From: Wolbachia endosymbiont strain TRS of Brugia malayi
GTDB taxonomy: Bacteria; Pseudomonadota; Alphaproteobacteria; Rickettsiales; Anaplasmataceae
Assembly: GCF_000008385.1 (NCBI RefSeq)
Contig: NC_006833.1
Location: forward strand, 570,001 to 602,000
DNA: 32,000 nt
Reading direction: 5' to 3'
Shown here: piece by piece, positions 9,764 through 18,879 of the stretch
Layout of the letters: every line of letters starts with the position of its first letter
Numbering within the stretch: the stretch's first letter is position 1
Notes under the pieces: generated by a model
Told to the model about the DNA's origin: nothing
The model's database searches: none
What the model saw: only the letters and a program-made list of their open reading frames with translations
Made by a program: the position numbers and the translations under genes

Positions 9764-11095
9764 TCATTTTTGCGAGTACACAGTTTTGCCGGACACAATA
9801 GTGCGTACTACGCGCCCTTTTACTTTGCGTCCGCCAAAAGGAGAATTTTTTGACTTACTAGCAAAGCTGTCAATTTTAATCTCCCACTCGTAATTCAAAT
9901 CAACTAAAGTTAGGTCTGCAACAAAGTTCTTCTGTACACGACCACGTGGTACGTGTATTATATCTGCAGGCTTGTATGTCAGCTTTGCAAGTATATCAAA
10001 TAGGTCTATCTGCCCACTGTGGTAAAGTTCAAGTGAAAGGGGTAGCATTGTTTCAAGGCCTACAATACCAAATGCAGCGCTCTCGAGTGGCAGGTCTTTA
10101 GAACTACGATCATGCGGCGCGTGGTCGGTTGCAATGCAATCAATCACACCTGTTTTTAAACCTTCAACCATAGCTAAACGATCTTCTTCGGTACGAAGCG
10201 GCGGATTCATTTTTGCAATTGCTCCGTGTTGTTTTACTATATCTTCAGTTAAAGTGAAGTGATGAGGAGTTACTTCGCATGTGACGTTCAATCCTAAATC
10301 TTTTGCACGTTTAACAGCGTCAAGTGAATCTTTTGAAGAGATATGCAAAATATGATAGTGCACATTCTCTATATCTTTCATGAGCAGTATATCGCGACTT
10401 ACCATGACTGATTCTGATGCACTTAAGATTCCCTTTACTCCTAATGCTTCAGAAATCTTACCTTCGTTGATTGCACCGCCTGCTGATAAATTCAGGTCTT
10501 CAGCATGTTGAGCAATAGGAACATTCAGCATACTTGAATAAAGTAGCGCCTGCCTCATAATCATTGGATTCATGACCGGTATACCATCATCAGTAAACCC
10601 AACTGCACCTGCTTCTTTTAAAAGTGCCACTTCAGTTAACTTTTCCTCTGAAGTAGTGATTTTAGCATAAAATTCAATGTTCACATGTGAAGTTTCAAGC
10701 GCTCTATATTTTAAATACTTAGCCAAAATAACACTATCTATTGCTGGAGTAGTGTTTGGTTGGCAAACTACAGTTGTAACGCCCCCCGCAGCTGCGGATT
10801 TGCTACCTGTATATATAGTTTCTTTGTGCTCCTGGCCAGGCTCACGAAAATGCACGTGAATGTCAACAAGGCCTGGCATTAGAACAAGTCCTTCACAGTT
10901 TATCGTCTCATCAACTCCACTTGGCACTCCGTTCGAAAACAATGATTCACCAAAATCGATGATTTTACTCCCTTCAGTCAGCAGTGAACCCTCTATATCA
11001 AGTTTAGTTTCTGGGTCGATAATACGAGCATTTATATATGCTACCTTGTAATTTCTCTCCTGCCCTGCTTGCAATAAATTCCAAGTTTGAGTCAT
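9764..11095 (-). CDS. pyrC: Dihydroorotase
   Basis: 443-aa ORF. LMPGLVDIHVHFREPG (metal-binding HxH), ..DCIATDHAPH.., amidohydrolase fold pattern throughout. Confidence 0.93.
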   Translation of the reverse strand: MTQTWNLLQAGQERNYKVAYINARIIDPETKLDIEGSLLTEGSKIIDFGESLFSNGVPSGVDETINCEGLVLMPGLVDIHVHFREPGQEHKETIYTGSKSAAAGGVTTVVCQPNTTPAIDSVILAKYLKYRALETSHVNIEFYAKITTSEEKLTEVALLKEAGAVGFTDDGIPVMNPMIMRQALLYSSMLNVPIAQHAEDLNLSAGGAINEGKISEALGVKGILSASESVMVSRDILLMKDIENVHYHILHISSKDSLDAVKRAKDLGLNVTCEVTPHHFTLTEDIVKQHGAIAKMNPPLRTEEDRLAMVEGLKTGVIDCIATDHAPHDRSSKDLPLESAAFGIVGLETMLPLSLELYHSGQIDLFDILAKLTYKPADIIHVPRGRVQKNFVADLTLVDLNYEWEIKIDSFASKSKNSPFGGRKVKGRVVRTIVSGKTVYSQK

Positions 11096-11535
11096 AAAAT
11101 TGTAAGTACTGATTATGAAATTAATCTAAAGTTTTTTTTAACAAAGCACAATCAAATTAAAATGCGGACTACAGCCAAGGTAATCCGAAGATTTTGTTTG
11201 TTTATGCTTGTTGGCACGCGAGATACTGCAGCGGTACGACGTAGAGCTAATAGCAGTGGCATGTTTTGCAGAAAATATCAGATCTATTTTAGCTATATTT
11301 ATTATTTTTTAAGATTAAATGGTTAAAATGGTAGATAAATGCTAAAGTGAGGTTTAACTAATGATGGCAAGTTTTCTAATAAAAACTAATTTTCTGCCTT
11401 TTCACCTATATTTCGATTACATATACAACATCTAGCTCAATTTAAAAGTCTAATTCAATAGGTTGTTAGTTTAAGCAAAAGAAGCTCCAGCGCTGACAGC
11501 CAAGAAGATACATAGCTTAATAGTGGGATTTTAGT

Positions 11536-14500
11536 ATGAGTATAGATATAACTACACTAACTACTAATACAGATAAATTAGGTGAATGCACAGATAAAAA
11601 TGAAAAGCGAGAGCAGGATAGAAAGGACGAGCAATTGTATGGTGCTATGGAGAGAAAGGTAAAAAAAGAAGAGCATGAGCGTAAAAAACCAAGAGTTCGA
11701 GATGGAATCATCAAGAAGTGTACAAGGTTATTCAAAGAAGGCGCTAGCCCTGAAGTATTAACTACATTGGAAGAATCACTTAGAAAACAAGAAAAATATT
11801 ATAGGTATTATGTCCAGTGTTTCCTTCTGATATTGAATAGAAAAATACCAAAAGAATTAGACCCTATAAAAAAAGAGAGAATAGGACAAGTAATTTCTGA
11901 AATTACTTATAATAGCAAATATTATTTTAATAGTATTACCCACAACCAAAATGGCCATAGGAACAGCGAAGATAATGGAATTGGAAGTGATAGCAATCAT
12001 AAACGTCAAACTAATGACAAAGAGCCTAAGAATAGGGAAAAAATTCTTAATATATTTACAGATGAGAACATTAATGATCGTTTATTGGAAGCAGCAAAAC
12101 GAGACAATAAGAAAAAAATTAAGAAACTTGTACAAAAAGGCGCAGACATTAGCACAAAAGATGGTGACGATAACAACACTCTACACTACGTAGTTGCTTT
12201 ACAGCAAGGAAAGCAAAGAGTTGCATGTTTAAATCTAATATTAGGTTTAGTGAAAAAAGAAAAAATATCTCAAGATAAACTTAGTAAAGCTATAAACCTT
12301 AAAGAAGGACAAACACCCTTACAAAAATTGTTATCTAAAAAAATAACTAAGGGAGAGCATAGCTCTGAAAGAGTACTCGGAAAAATTGGAAAATTTCTAA
12401 AAAAGCCATTTACGCAATATGATGATCATACGATAGAGTCTGCTATAAGCTTGTTTAAGCTAGGAGCTAACGTCAATAATTTGCAGTTATCTAAAGAGGA
12501 ATTACAAAACTCAGATAAAAAGTACAGGAAGTATCATTTTAAACTCTTAGAAAAATTAGCAAAGTCAGTAGGGCGATCTACATTAGAGCAGAGAATCAAT
12601 ATAGAAAATAAAATTGAAGACATTACAGCGCGTATTATAAATACTCCAGATGCTAATGGTAATCATCTATTACATTCAATAATTGACAATTATGATAAAA
12701 ATTTTTTAAAAAAACTATTGCGAAAAGGGGCAGATATTAGCCTAAAAGATGCAAACGGAAATAATATTTTACACCTTGCTGCACTGCTAAAGAAAAAACA
12801 AAAACGCAGATCTTTAAATGCCCTAATAGAAGCAATTTCCAAGAAATATCTAGCACAACTTGTTGATAGTGAAAATCAGGATGAAAGAACTCCGCTTCAG
12901 GTGGCACTCATTGACAAAATAACAAAAGGGAAATATGGACCCCACACAATCCAAGATAATGATAACACACTTAAGTTTTTTGTTACATTATTAGAGCATG
13001 AGGTTAAACCAGATCAGTTAGAATTATCTCAAGAAGCGCTACAAAATTTAAATGAAAAGCAAAAGGTATATTATCTTAATTTCCTAGAAAAATTAGCAGA
13101 GTCAGTAAAGAAACCTGAGTTAGAACTAGAGATAAAAACAAAAATTAAAGAAATTATAGCGCGTATTATAAATACTCCAGATGGTAATGATAATTATCTA
13201 TTACATTCAGCAATTAAAAATAAAGATGAGAAACTTTTTAAGGAACTATTGCAAAAAGGGGCGGATATTAGCATTAAAGGTGCAAGTAACAACAATGCTT
13301 TACATCTAATAGTTATAGAATCAAAGAAAGAACAAAAGCTTGAATTTTTAAATATAGTATTAAATATAAGCGAGGAGAAAGGAAAAGAGCAACTTAAAGC
13401 ACAGTTTAAAAAAGCTGTAGACACTGAAAATACAGCAAAACAAACGCCACTTCATCAAGTACTTCAGCACATACAAGAAAAGAGTAAAAAATCTTCGCTG
13501 GGAAACAAAATACAAAATGTAGTTAAAAAAGAATTTAATGCTACTAATAGATATCAAACTCTAGCACTATTCCTACAAAATGGTGCTGATATTAGCAAAA
13601 GAGATGGTGAAGGAAACAATGCTTTGCACTATATTGTGTCATTTAAAGGCAAACAAAAAGTTGTATGTTTGGAGTTAATTTCAGATAAAGATGGATTTAG
13701 TAATGCTGTAAATACTCCTAACAAAGAAGGGCGAACACCTCTTCATCAATTGCTTCAGTATATAGAAAAAAAAAGTGAAAGCCAGTCGCTTACAGATAAG
13801 AAATTTGAAAAAACTAACAGGTATAAAATACTAGAGCTATTCCTACAAAATGGTGCTGATATTACTATTCAGGACAAAGAAGGAAATAATGCTCTGCACT
13901 ATATTATGTCATCAAAAGGCAAGCAAAAAGTTACATGTTTGGATCTAATATCAGGCAAAAGTGAATTAAGTGAGGCTGAGACAGACACCGACGATAAAGG
14001 TACGCTTATACAAGAAGCATTAAAGGGGAGAGCAATGAAAGAAAAATTTGAACACCTTTCTCAACATAAAAAAATTGTTTTCGGAAAGTCCGGTGGTGGC
14101 AACACAACAAAATTTTGTGCAATATTATTAAAAGAAGGTGCTAACCCTCATTCTTTATGGTTAGAAGATGAGAAATTTCATACTAAGAAGTACTATCTGG
14201 TTCTAAGAAATGCAAAGAATGATAAAACAATACCACAAAAAGCACGGGATAAAGCTAAAGAATTAAAAGAAAAGCTTGAAGCAAAATATGGTGTATGCAC
14301 CATTTCTAAATGGTTTAATTCTCAAAGTAGAGCTACTGCAGACCGATTAAAAACCACTATGAAAAAAATAGGACATACTTCCAAAGCTGTATGGAAGTGC
14401 GTTGATTCTGGCAGGAGAGCTAGTATATTGTTAGCAATTACAGTAGTAACTACCATTAGTATAATGGTAACATTTTCTTGCTTCCAAGGGCAAATTGTAA

Positions 14501-14862
14501 TCGGAGCAGCATTACCTATTATAGCTATTACTGGAATGGTCTGCCTAATATTCACTTTAGGGTTTAATGGTATTAAGAAGTCTACGAAAGAATTTACCAC
14601 TGATAAACAGGGTGTGCTTAAAAGTAAAGATGATCACCTAGCTGCAGAGCAAGGCAAAGCTCTCAAAAGCACTGTTCAACAGAACGTAGAAAATAAACAC
14701 AAAAATTCAGAGAAGGAAGAAATACAAGAGTCATCAGACCAATCAAAAGACACTGAAAGCCTTCCTAGTTCTAAAATATATGGTGTATCAATATTTCAAG
14801 TTATTAAGAGATTGTTAGGATTCAACGAGCAAATCAATAAACCCTCTTCTCTGGCGCGATGA
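11536..14862 (+). CDS. Large ankyrin-repeat protein (1108 aa) with a C-terminal two-helix membrane anchor and an acidic/serine-rich tail
   Basis: Many ANK-like units ([89 protein letters not shown]). Hydrophobic hairpin [46 protein letters not shown] near aa 970-1020. Internal duplications listed separately. Confidence 0.9.
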   Translation: MSIDITTLTTNTDKLGECTDKNEKREQDRKDEQLYGAMERKVKKEEHERKKPRVRDGIIKKCTRLFKEGASPEVLTTLEESLRKQEKYYRYYVQCFLLILNRKIPKELDPIKKERIGQVISEITYNSKYYFNSITHNQNGHRNSEDNGIGSDSNHKRQTNDKEPKNREKILNIFTDENINDRLLEAAKRDNKKKIKKLVQKGADISTKDGDDNNTLHYVVALQQGKQRVACLNLILGLVKKEKISQDKLSKAINLKEGQTPLQKLLSKKITKGEHSSERVLGKIGKFLKKPFTQYDDHTIESAISLFKLGANVNNLQLSKEELQNSDKKYRKYHFKLLEKLAKSVGRSTLEQRINIENKIEDITARIINTPDANGNHLLHSIIDNYDKNFLKKLLRKGADISLKDANGNNILHLAALLKKKQKRRSLNALIEAISKKYLAQLVDSENQDERTPLQVALIDKITKGKYGPHTIQDNDNTLKFFVTLLEHEVKPDQLELSQEALQNLNEKQKVYYLNFLEKLAESVKKPELELEIKTKIKEIIARIINTPDGNDNYLLHSAIKNKDEKLFKELLQKGADISIKGASNNNALHLIVIESKKEQKLEFLNIVLNISEEKGKEQLKAQFKKAVDTENTAKQTPLHQVLQHIQEKSKKSSLGNKIQNVVKKEFNATNRYQTLALFLQNGADISKRDGEGNNALHYIVSFKGKQKVVCLELISDKDGFSNAVNTPNKEGRTPLHQLLQYIEKKSESQSLTDKKFEKTNRYKILELFLQNGADITIQDKEGNNALHYIMSSKGKQKVTCLDLISGKSELSEAETDTDDKGTLIQEALKGRAMKEKFEHLSQHKKIVFGKSGGGNTTKFCAILLKEGANPHSLWLEDEKFHTKKYYLVLRNAKNDKTIPQKARDKAKELKEKLEAKYGVCTISKWFNSQSRATADRLKTTMKKIGHTSKAVWKCVDSGRRASILLAITVVTTISIMVTFSCFQGQIVIGAALPIIAITGMVCLIFTLGFNGIKKSTKEFTTDKQGVLKSKDDHLAAEQGKALKSTVQQNVENKHKNSEKEEIQESSDQSKDTESLPSSKIYGVSIFQVIKRLLGFNEQINKPSSLAR
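12481..13500 (+). repeat. In-frame tandem duplication (period ~531-537 bp, about 177-179 aa) inside the ankyrin gene
   Basis: gcgcgtattataaatactccagatg occurs at 12628 and 13159 (offset 531). The protein modules [68 protein letters not shown] and [68 protein letters not shown] are collinear. Confidence 0.85.
13546..13975 (+). repeat. Second in-frame tandem duplication (period 270 bp, 90 aa) inside the ankyrin gene, with high nucleotide identity
   Basis: ctagcactattcctacaaaatggtgctgatatt at 13561 versus ctagagctattcctacaaaatggtgctgatatt at 13831. Protein: [46 protein letters not shown] versus [46 protein letters not shown]. Confidence 0.9.
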
Positions 14863-16639
14863 AATCAATCTCATCACTCAGAGTGTTTTCAGCAACTTTC
14901 TTGTAATCAATTCTCGTATTGATTTGCCCTTCCTTTTCCTCGAGCCACGCTATAGTGTGCTTCATCCAGTTCTTGTCATCACGTTCAGGAAAATCTTCAC
15001 GAGCATGAGCACCTCTGCTTTCCTCGCGATTGGCTGCACACTCCATAGTAATAACCGCTTGTGGAATCATGTTAGCAAGCTCCAACGCTTCAACTAAGTC
15101 GCTGTTCCATACCATGCTGCGGTCTTCAATTGCAATATCAGGCATCATTTTTGCTACTCCTTTTATAGCTCTTTTACCTTCTTCTAAAACCTCAGCAACA
15201 CGGAACACTGATGCATATTTTTGCATAGTGTGCTGCATCTCGCTGCGTATTTTTGATACTCTGAGCCCTCCGGAAGCAAACCGCATTTTATTGAATCTAT
15301 CTACTATCCAATCTATACAAGCTGAGTTTAATTTTTTGTGTGGCATATTAGGCTTTAGTTTCTTTTTTGCTCTGAGTGCTGCAGCTCTACCAAAAACTAC
15401 AAGATCAAGAAGTGAGTTAGAACCAAGCCGATTTGCACCATGTACAGATATACACGCTGCTTCTCCGATTGCAAATAATCCTTCTACCACTTCTTCTTTA
15501 CTTTCCTTCAGTGTAACCACTTCTCCATGATAATTAGTTGGAATACCGCCCATATTGTAATGCACAGTTGGAATAACAGGTATTGGATCTTTAGTAACAT
15601 CAACCCCTGCAAAGGTCCTTGCAGTTTCGCTAATTCCTGGAAGTCTCAGTTTTATTATTTCCGGATCAAGATGCGCTATAGTTAAATATATGTGGTCTTT
15701 TTTCGGTCCTACACCTCTTCCCTCTCTAATTTCAATTGTTATTGCACGACTTACTACATCACGAGAAGCTAAATCTTTTACCTTTGGCGCATAACGCTCC
15801 ATAAACCTTTCGCCCTGAGAATTAACAAGGTACCCGCCTTCACCACGACATCCTTCTGTCATTAAGCACCCTGAACCATATATTCCTGTTGGATGAAATT
15901 GCACAAACTCCATATCTTCAAGTGGTAATCCAGCTCTTACCACCATTCCATTACCATCACCTGTGCAGGTGTGTGCGCTTGTTGCAGAGAAATAAACACG
16001 TCCATATCCACCTGTTGCTAATACCACCGAATGTGCACGAAATTTATGTAATGTACCCTCGCATAGCGACCAAGCGAGAACTCCACAGCACGCCCCGGTT
16101 TCGTTATCTATGATTAAATCGATTACAAAATATTCGACAAAAAATTCAGTGTTAAATTTAAGACACTGCTGATATAGAGTGTGAAGGATCGCATGCCCAG
16201 TTTTGTCTGCTGCTGCACAAGTACGCTGGGCTGATTTTCCTTTGCCAAAATGAGTTGTCATTCCACCAAAGGGACGCTGGTATATTTTACCATTCCCTGT
16301 ACGAGAAAAAGGTACACCGAAATTTTCAAGTTCAATAACAGCTTTAGCAGCGTTTTTACACATATATTCTATTGCGTCTTGATCACCAAGCCAGTCTGAG
16401 CCTTTTATTGTGTCATACGCATGCCAGCGCCAATCATCTTCAGCAATATTACCTAGAGCCGCACTAATTCCACCTTGTGCTGCAACTGTATGACTGCGTG
16501 TAGGAAAAATTTTAGAAATGCAAGCAACCGAGAAGTTAGTAGCAGCCATTCCAAGTGTTGCCCTGAGCCCTGCCCCACCTGCACCTACCACCACTACATC
16601 ATATTCATGTTCTACGATTTCATACGCTGATTTATTCAT
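14834..16639 (-). CDS. sdhA: Succinate dehydrogenase flavoprotein subunit
   Basis: 601-aa [18 protein letters not shown] (FAD Rossmann motif), [11 protein letters not shown] (FAD-attachment His region), HPTG, RLGSNSL. Confidence 0.96.
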   Translation of the reverse strand: MNKSAYEIVEHEYDVVVVGAGGAGLRATLGMAATNFSVACISKIFPTRSHTVAAQGGISAALGNIAEDDWRWHAYDTIKGSDWLGDQDAIEYMCKNAAKAVIELENFGVPFSRTGNGKIYQRPFGGMTTHFGKGKSAQRTCAAADKTGHAILHTLYQQCLKFNTEFFVEYFVIDLIIDNETGACCGVLAWSLCEGTLHKFRAHSVVLATGGYGRVYFSATSAHTCTGDGNGMVVRAGLPLEDMEFVQFHPTGIYGSGCLMTEGCRGEGGYLVNSQGERFMERYAPKVKDLASRDVVSRAITIEIREGRGVGPKKDHIYLTIAHLDPEIIKLRLPGISETARTFAGVDVTKDPIPVIPTVHYNMGGIPTNYHGEVVTLKESKEEVVEGLFAIGEAACISVHGANRLGSNSLLDLVVFGRAAALRAKKKLKPNMPHKKLNSACIDWIVDRFNKMRFASGGLRVSKIRSEMQHTMQKYASVFRVAEVLEEGKRAIKGVAKMMPDIAIEDRSMVWNSDLVEALELANMIPQAVITMECAANREESRGAHAREDFPERDDKNWMKHTIAWLEEKEGQINTRIDYKKVAENTLSDEIDFIAPEKRVY

Positions 16640-16769
16640 ATGTGCTTATCCATAACTACAGGCTTATGATATCACAGAGGTAGAAAAAATCTATATAAGT
16701 TTTCTAACTGTAATGAACCTCGCTAAATAGAGGAGCAAAAAATTTATGGACAGAATTGCGTTACGGAAA

Positions 16770-16800
16770 CTGGATCTCAGTATCATCTATTTAGATGACA
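16770..16800 (-). repeat. Solo copy of the ~31-nt palindromic-repeat unit (same family as 19440-19680)
   Basis: ctggatctcagtatcatctatttagatgaca aligns without gaps to ctggattccagtgtcaagcaatgggatgaca (19650-19680). I count 22 of 31 identical positions, with both ends conserved. It also contains its own 7-bp inverted repeat tcatcta/tagatga. Confidence 0.55.
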
Positions 16801-16884
16801 CCAGTAATTGACATCTGTTTAGCTAGATCTTAAATTAGATAGAAAGAGGTAGTCTTGATAAAATTTACTTGCAGCAAAGCCTTT

Positions 16885-17109
16885 TCATACTTGGGCTATC
16901 AGTTTGCTTTTTTTGTATCCTAGCTTACAGCTTATTGTTTTGTATACCCTATTCATCTCTTTGGAACTAGCTATTGCGACACATAATCCTGTTACTACAG
17001 CAAAGGCTAATGTAGTAAATACTAAATTTTGTAAAAAATTCCTTCCACCAATTCTTTTTTCTTGCATACTAGCAGTGTGTATGCTTGTCAGGTTCTTGTC
17101 AATATTCAT
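16885..17109 (-). CDS. Hypothetical small single-pass membrane protein (74 aa)
   Basis: ORF only. It has a polar N-terminus, one hydrophobic helix (LVFTTLAFAVVTGLCVAIA) and a basic C-terminus. It lies upstream of sdhA on the same strand. No family recognised. The overlapping plus-strand ORF 16904-17179 looks less protein-like. Confidence 0.3.
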   Translation of the reverse strand: MNIDKNLTSIHTASMQEKRIGGRNFLQNLVFTTLAFAVVTGLCVAIASSKEMNRVYKTISCKLGYKKSKLIAQV

Positions 17110-17289
17110 GCCATGCGTGATTGTAGTTTATACATTTTACTTTCCTCCCAGGTTTAACTACTTATCCGGGAAGTACTAAGTAGGTTTTAGTGCAATTATT
17201 ATTACATTGTATTTTCACAGCCCTTACACGTGAAGCAGTAACAAGCTCAAGTTATACAAAATTATAAACTTATTGTTAATAAGTAATAA

Positions 17290-18120
17290 ATGGAAGACTT
17301 GCAACTAGAAAAAATACAGAGTGACGTAGAAGATATTTGGAAAAATAGAAGCAAACTTAGCAATCGTAGCGTGAAAAGAGCAGCAAGAGTAATAATTAAA
17401 AAGGTAATTAAGCTCTTAGATAGTGGCAAAATTAGAGTAGCAGAAAGGCTATCAGATGGGAAGTGGATAGTACATACATGGATAAAGCAGGCAATATCGT
17501 TATATTTTCTTACTGAAGAGAGCAAAATGATAGATCATACCGGTTGGTGGTTTGATAAAGTCAATAATAAGTTTGACGGATGGAATGAAGAAGAATTTCA
17601 CCAGTCAAAAATTAGAGCAGTTCCCGGATGCTTTGTTCGCCAATCTGCTTACGTAGGCACAAACGTTGTTCTTATGCCAAGTTTTATTAACGTTGGTGCA
17701 TATATTAGTTCTGGTACAATGATAGACACCTGGTCAACAATTGGTAGCTGCGCACAAATAGGAAAAAATTGCCATGTTTCCGGAGGAGTAGGAATCGGTG
17801 GAGTTTTAGAACCTATTCAGGCCTCTCCAGTTATTATAGAGGATAATTGCTTCATTGGCGCACGCAGCGAAGTAGCTGAAGGCGTTATAATAAGAGAAGG
17901 ATCTGTTTTAGGCATGGGAGTTTTCATCGGAGCGTCAACAAAGATCATTGATAGAGAAACCAATAAGGTGTTTTACGGCGAAGTGCCACCTTATTCTGTG
18001 GTGGTACCAGGATCTACTTTATCTGCAAATAACATTTCAATCTATTGTGCAATTATAGTAAAAAAAGTGGATGAAAAGACAAGACAGAAGACTTCTATAA
18101 ATGAAATATTGAGAGATTAA
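17290..18120 (+). CDS. dapD: 2,3,4,5-tetrahydropyridine-2,6-dicarboxylate N-succinyltransferase
   Basis: 276-aa ORF. N-terminal helical domain followed by hexapeptide (left-handed beta-helix) repeats: [65 protein letters not shown]. Confidence 0.92.
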   Translation: MEDLQLEKIQSDVEDIWKNRSKLSNRSVKRAARVIIKKVIKLLDSGKIRVAERLSDGKWIVHTWIKQAISLYFLTEESKMIDHTGWWFDKVNNKFDGWNEEEFHQSKIRAVPGCFVRQSAYVGTNVVLMPSFINVGAYISSGTMIDTWSTIGSCAQIGKNCHVSGGVGIGGVLEPIQASPVIIEDNCFIGARSEVAEGVIIREGSVLGMGVFIGASTKIIDRETNKVFYGEVPPYSVVVPGSTLSANNISIYCAIIVKKVDEKTRQKTSINEILRD

Positions 18121-18140
18121 GGCTATCTCATTTCTTATTG

Positions 18141-18413
18141 TCACTTTTTTCTATCATTATTATTAACTACAGTAATGGCATAAGCGCATAACTCTGAAAA
18201 GGGAATTCCATTTTCTTGAGATAGCTTATATAACTTCTGCAGGCTTTCTTTGACTTTATTAGGGATATTCCCTCCACGTTCTTTTACAAGCCATAGATCT
18301 TGATGATGTATTGGATGAGTATCACTTTTTGGATCCCCTATGTATATTGCAAAAGGTGAGCTTTGTCCTTTGAAATCACACTGCACAGTAAATTTTTTTA
18401 TAGAATCAGCCAT
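18141..18413 (-). CDS. Small conserved hypothetical protein (90 aa). From memory it resembles the alphaproteobacterial DUF2610 family.
   Basis: Clean ORF MADSIKKFTVQCDFKGQSSPFAIYIGDPKSDTHPIHHQDLWLVKERGGNIPNKV... Its ATG directly follows the TAG of the upstream ORF (ctttagatg on the minus strand). The family assignment is recollection only. Confidence 0.6.
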   Translation of the reverse strand: MADSIKKFTVQCDFKGQSSPFAIYIGDPKSDTHPIHHQDLWLVKERGGNIPNKVKESLQKLYKLSQENGIPFSELCAYAITVVNNNDRKK

Positions 18414-18797
18414 CTAAAGACCTCTGCCTTTCTTTTTGATCGATTTTACAGAAGGTAGAGAAGACAGTTTCTTTATAAAGTCTTGTCTGTGAAGGATACT
18501 TTCTTTGCCTTCTAAAGCTCGGCAAACATCAGCTTTGCTCAATTGTGACTCTTTTGCTAGCTTCATTCCATGCTTTGCCATAATATTAGCGTGCGCTAGC
18601 ACTTTTTTTACCAACTCTAGATCATTATTTAGCATTTGAACTAGCGCTTGAAATACTTCTGCTAAAGTTAGCCCGTCAGAACTTATAACCTTGTTTTCTA
18701 CAAAATTGACAGCTTCTTCAAGCTTATGTTCAATACTATCATCTTGAAACATAAGGGTAACGTTTTGTTCATCCATAACTGAAGCACTATTATTCAT
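18414..18797 (-). CDS. Hypothetical protein (127 aa), predicted helical, with a basic C-terminal tail (KSIKKKGRGL)
   Basis: ORF with ATG start. It abuts the downstream 90-aa gene and is divergent from the methyltransferase gene across an 82-bp AT-rich spacer. No family recognised. Confidence 0.55.
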   Translation of the reverse strand: MNNSASVMDEQNVTLMFQDDSIEHKLEEAVNFVENKVISSDGLTLAEVFQALVQMLNNDLELVKKVLAHANIMAKHGMKLAKESQLSKADVCRALEGKESILHRQDFIKKLSSLPSVKSIKKKGRGL

Positions 18798-18879
18798 AAG
18801 CTTTTAAGTCTATACTATATATATAAATACTCCACTATTTTATATTATGGCACACTATAATTAAACATTTATTAATAAT

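Noticed and set aside
10677-11051. ORFs 10677-10859 and 10860-11051 (+) inside pyrC
   Set aside because: Antisense shadow ORFs of dihydroorotase.
11160-11200. acagccaaggtaatccgaag resembles the AGCAGCCAAGG segment of SRP (4.5S) RNA domain IV. I also checked it for a tRNA-like D-arm.
   Set aside because: There is no matching 5' half (GGUCCGGAAGGAAGC-type) and no closing helix. No T-arm (GGTTCGAATCC-like) occurs anywhere nearby. The similarity is limited to about 9 nt.
11087-11326. 79-aa ORF in the pyrC-ankyrin spacer
   Set aside because: It overlaps the pyrC start. Its composition (Arg/Cys-rich, driven by the GC island) is unlike the local proteins, and I recognise no motif. It is treated as non-coding and reported only as a compositional island.
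11517-14600. ORFs 11517-11735 (-), 11951-12193 (+), 13194-13424 (-), 13360-13557 (-) and 14322-14600 (-) overlapping the ankyrin gene
   Set aside because: They are alternative or antisense frames of a long lysine-rich ORF. Their low-complexity Phe/Leu/Ser-rich translations are typical of the complement of AAA/GAA-rich coding sequence.
15030-16113. ORFs 15030-15530 and 15889-16113 (+) inside sdhA
   Set aside because: Antisense shadow ORFs. They are serine/alanine-rich mirror-frame products of a strongly conserved gene.
18141-18797. Calling the 127-aa/90-aa pair a toxin-antitoxin system
   Set aside because: Only size and tight coupling point that way. I see no toxin or antitoxin fold motifs, and the downstream protein looks like a widely conserved single-copy alphaproteobacterial family. 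It is kept as an unknown-function cassette rather than a TA call.
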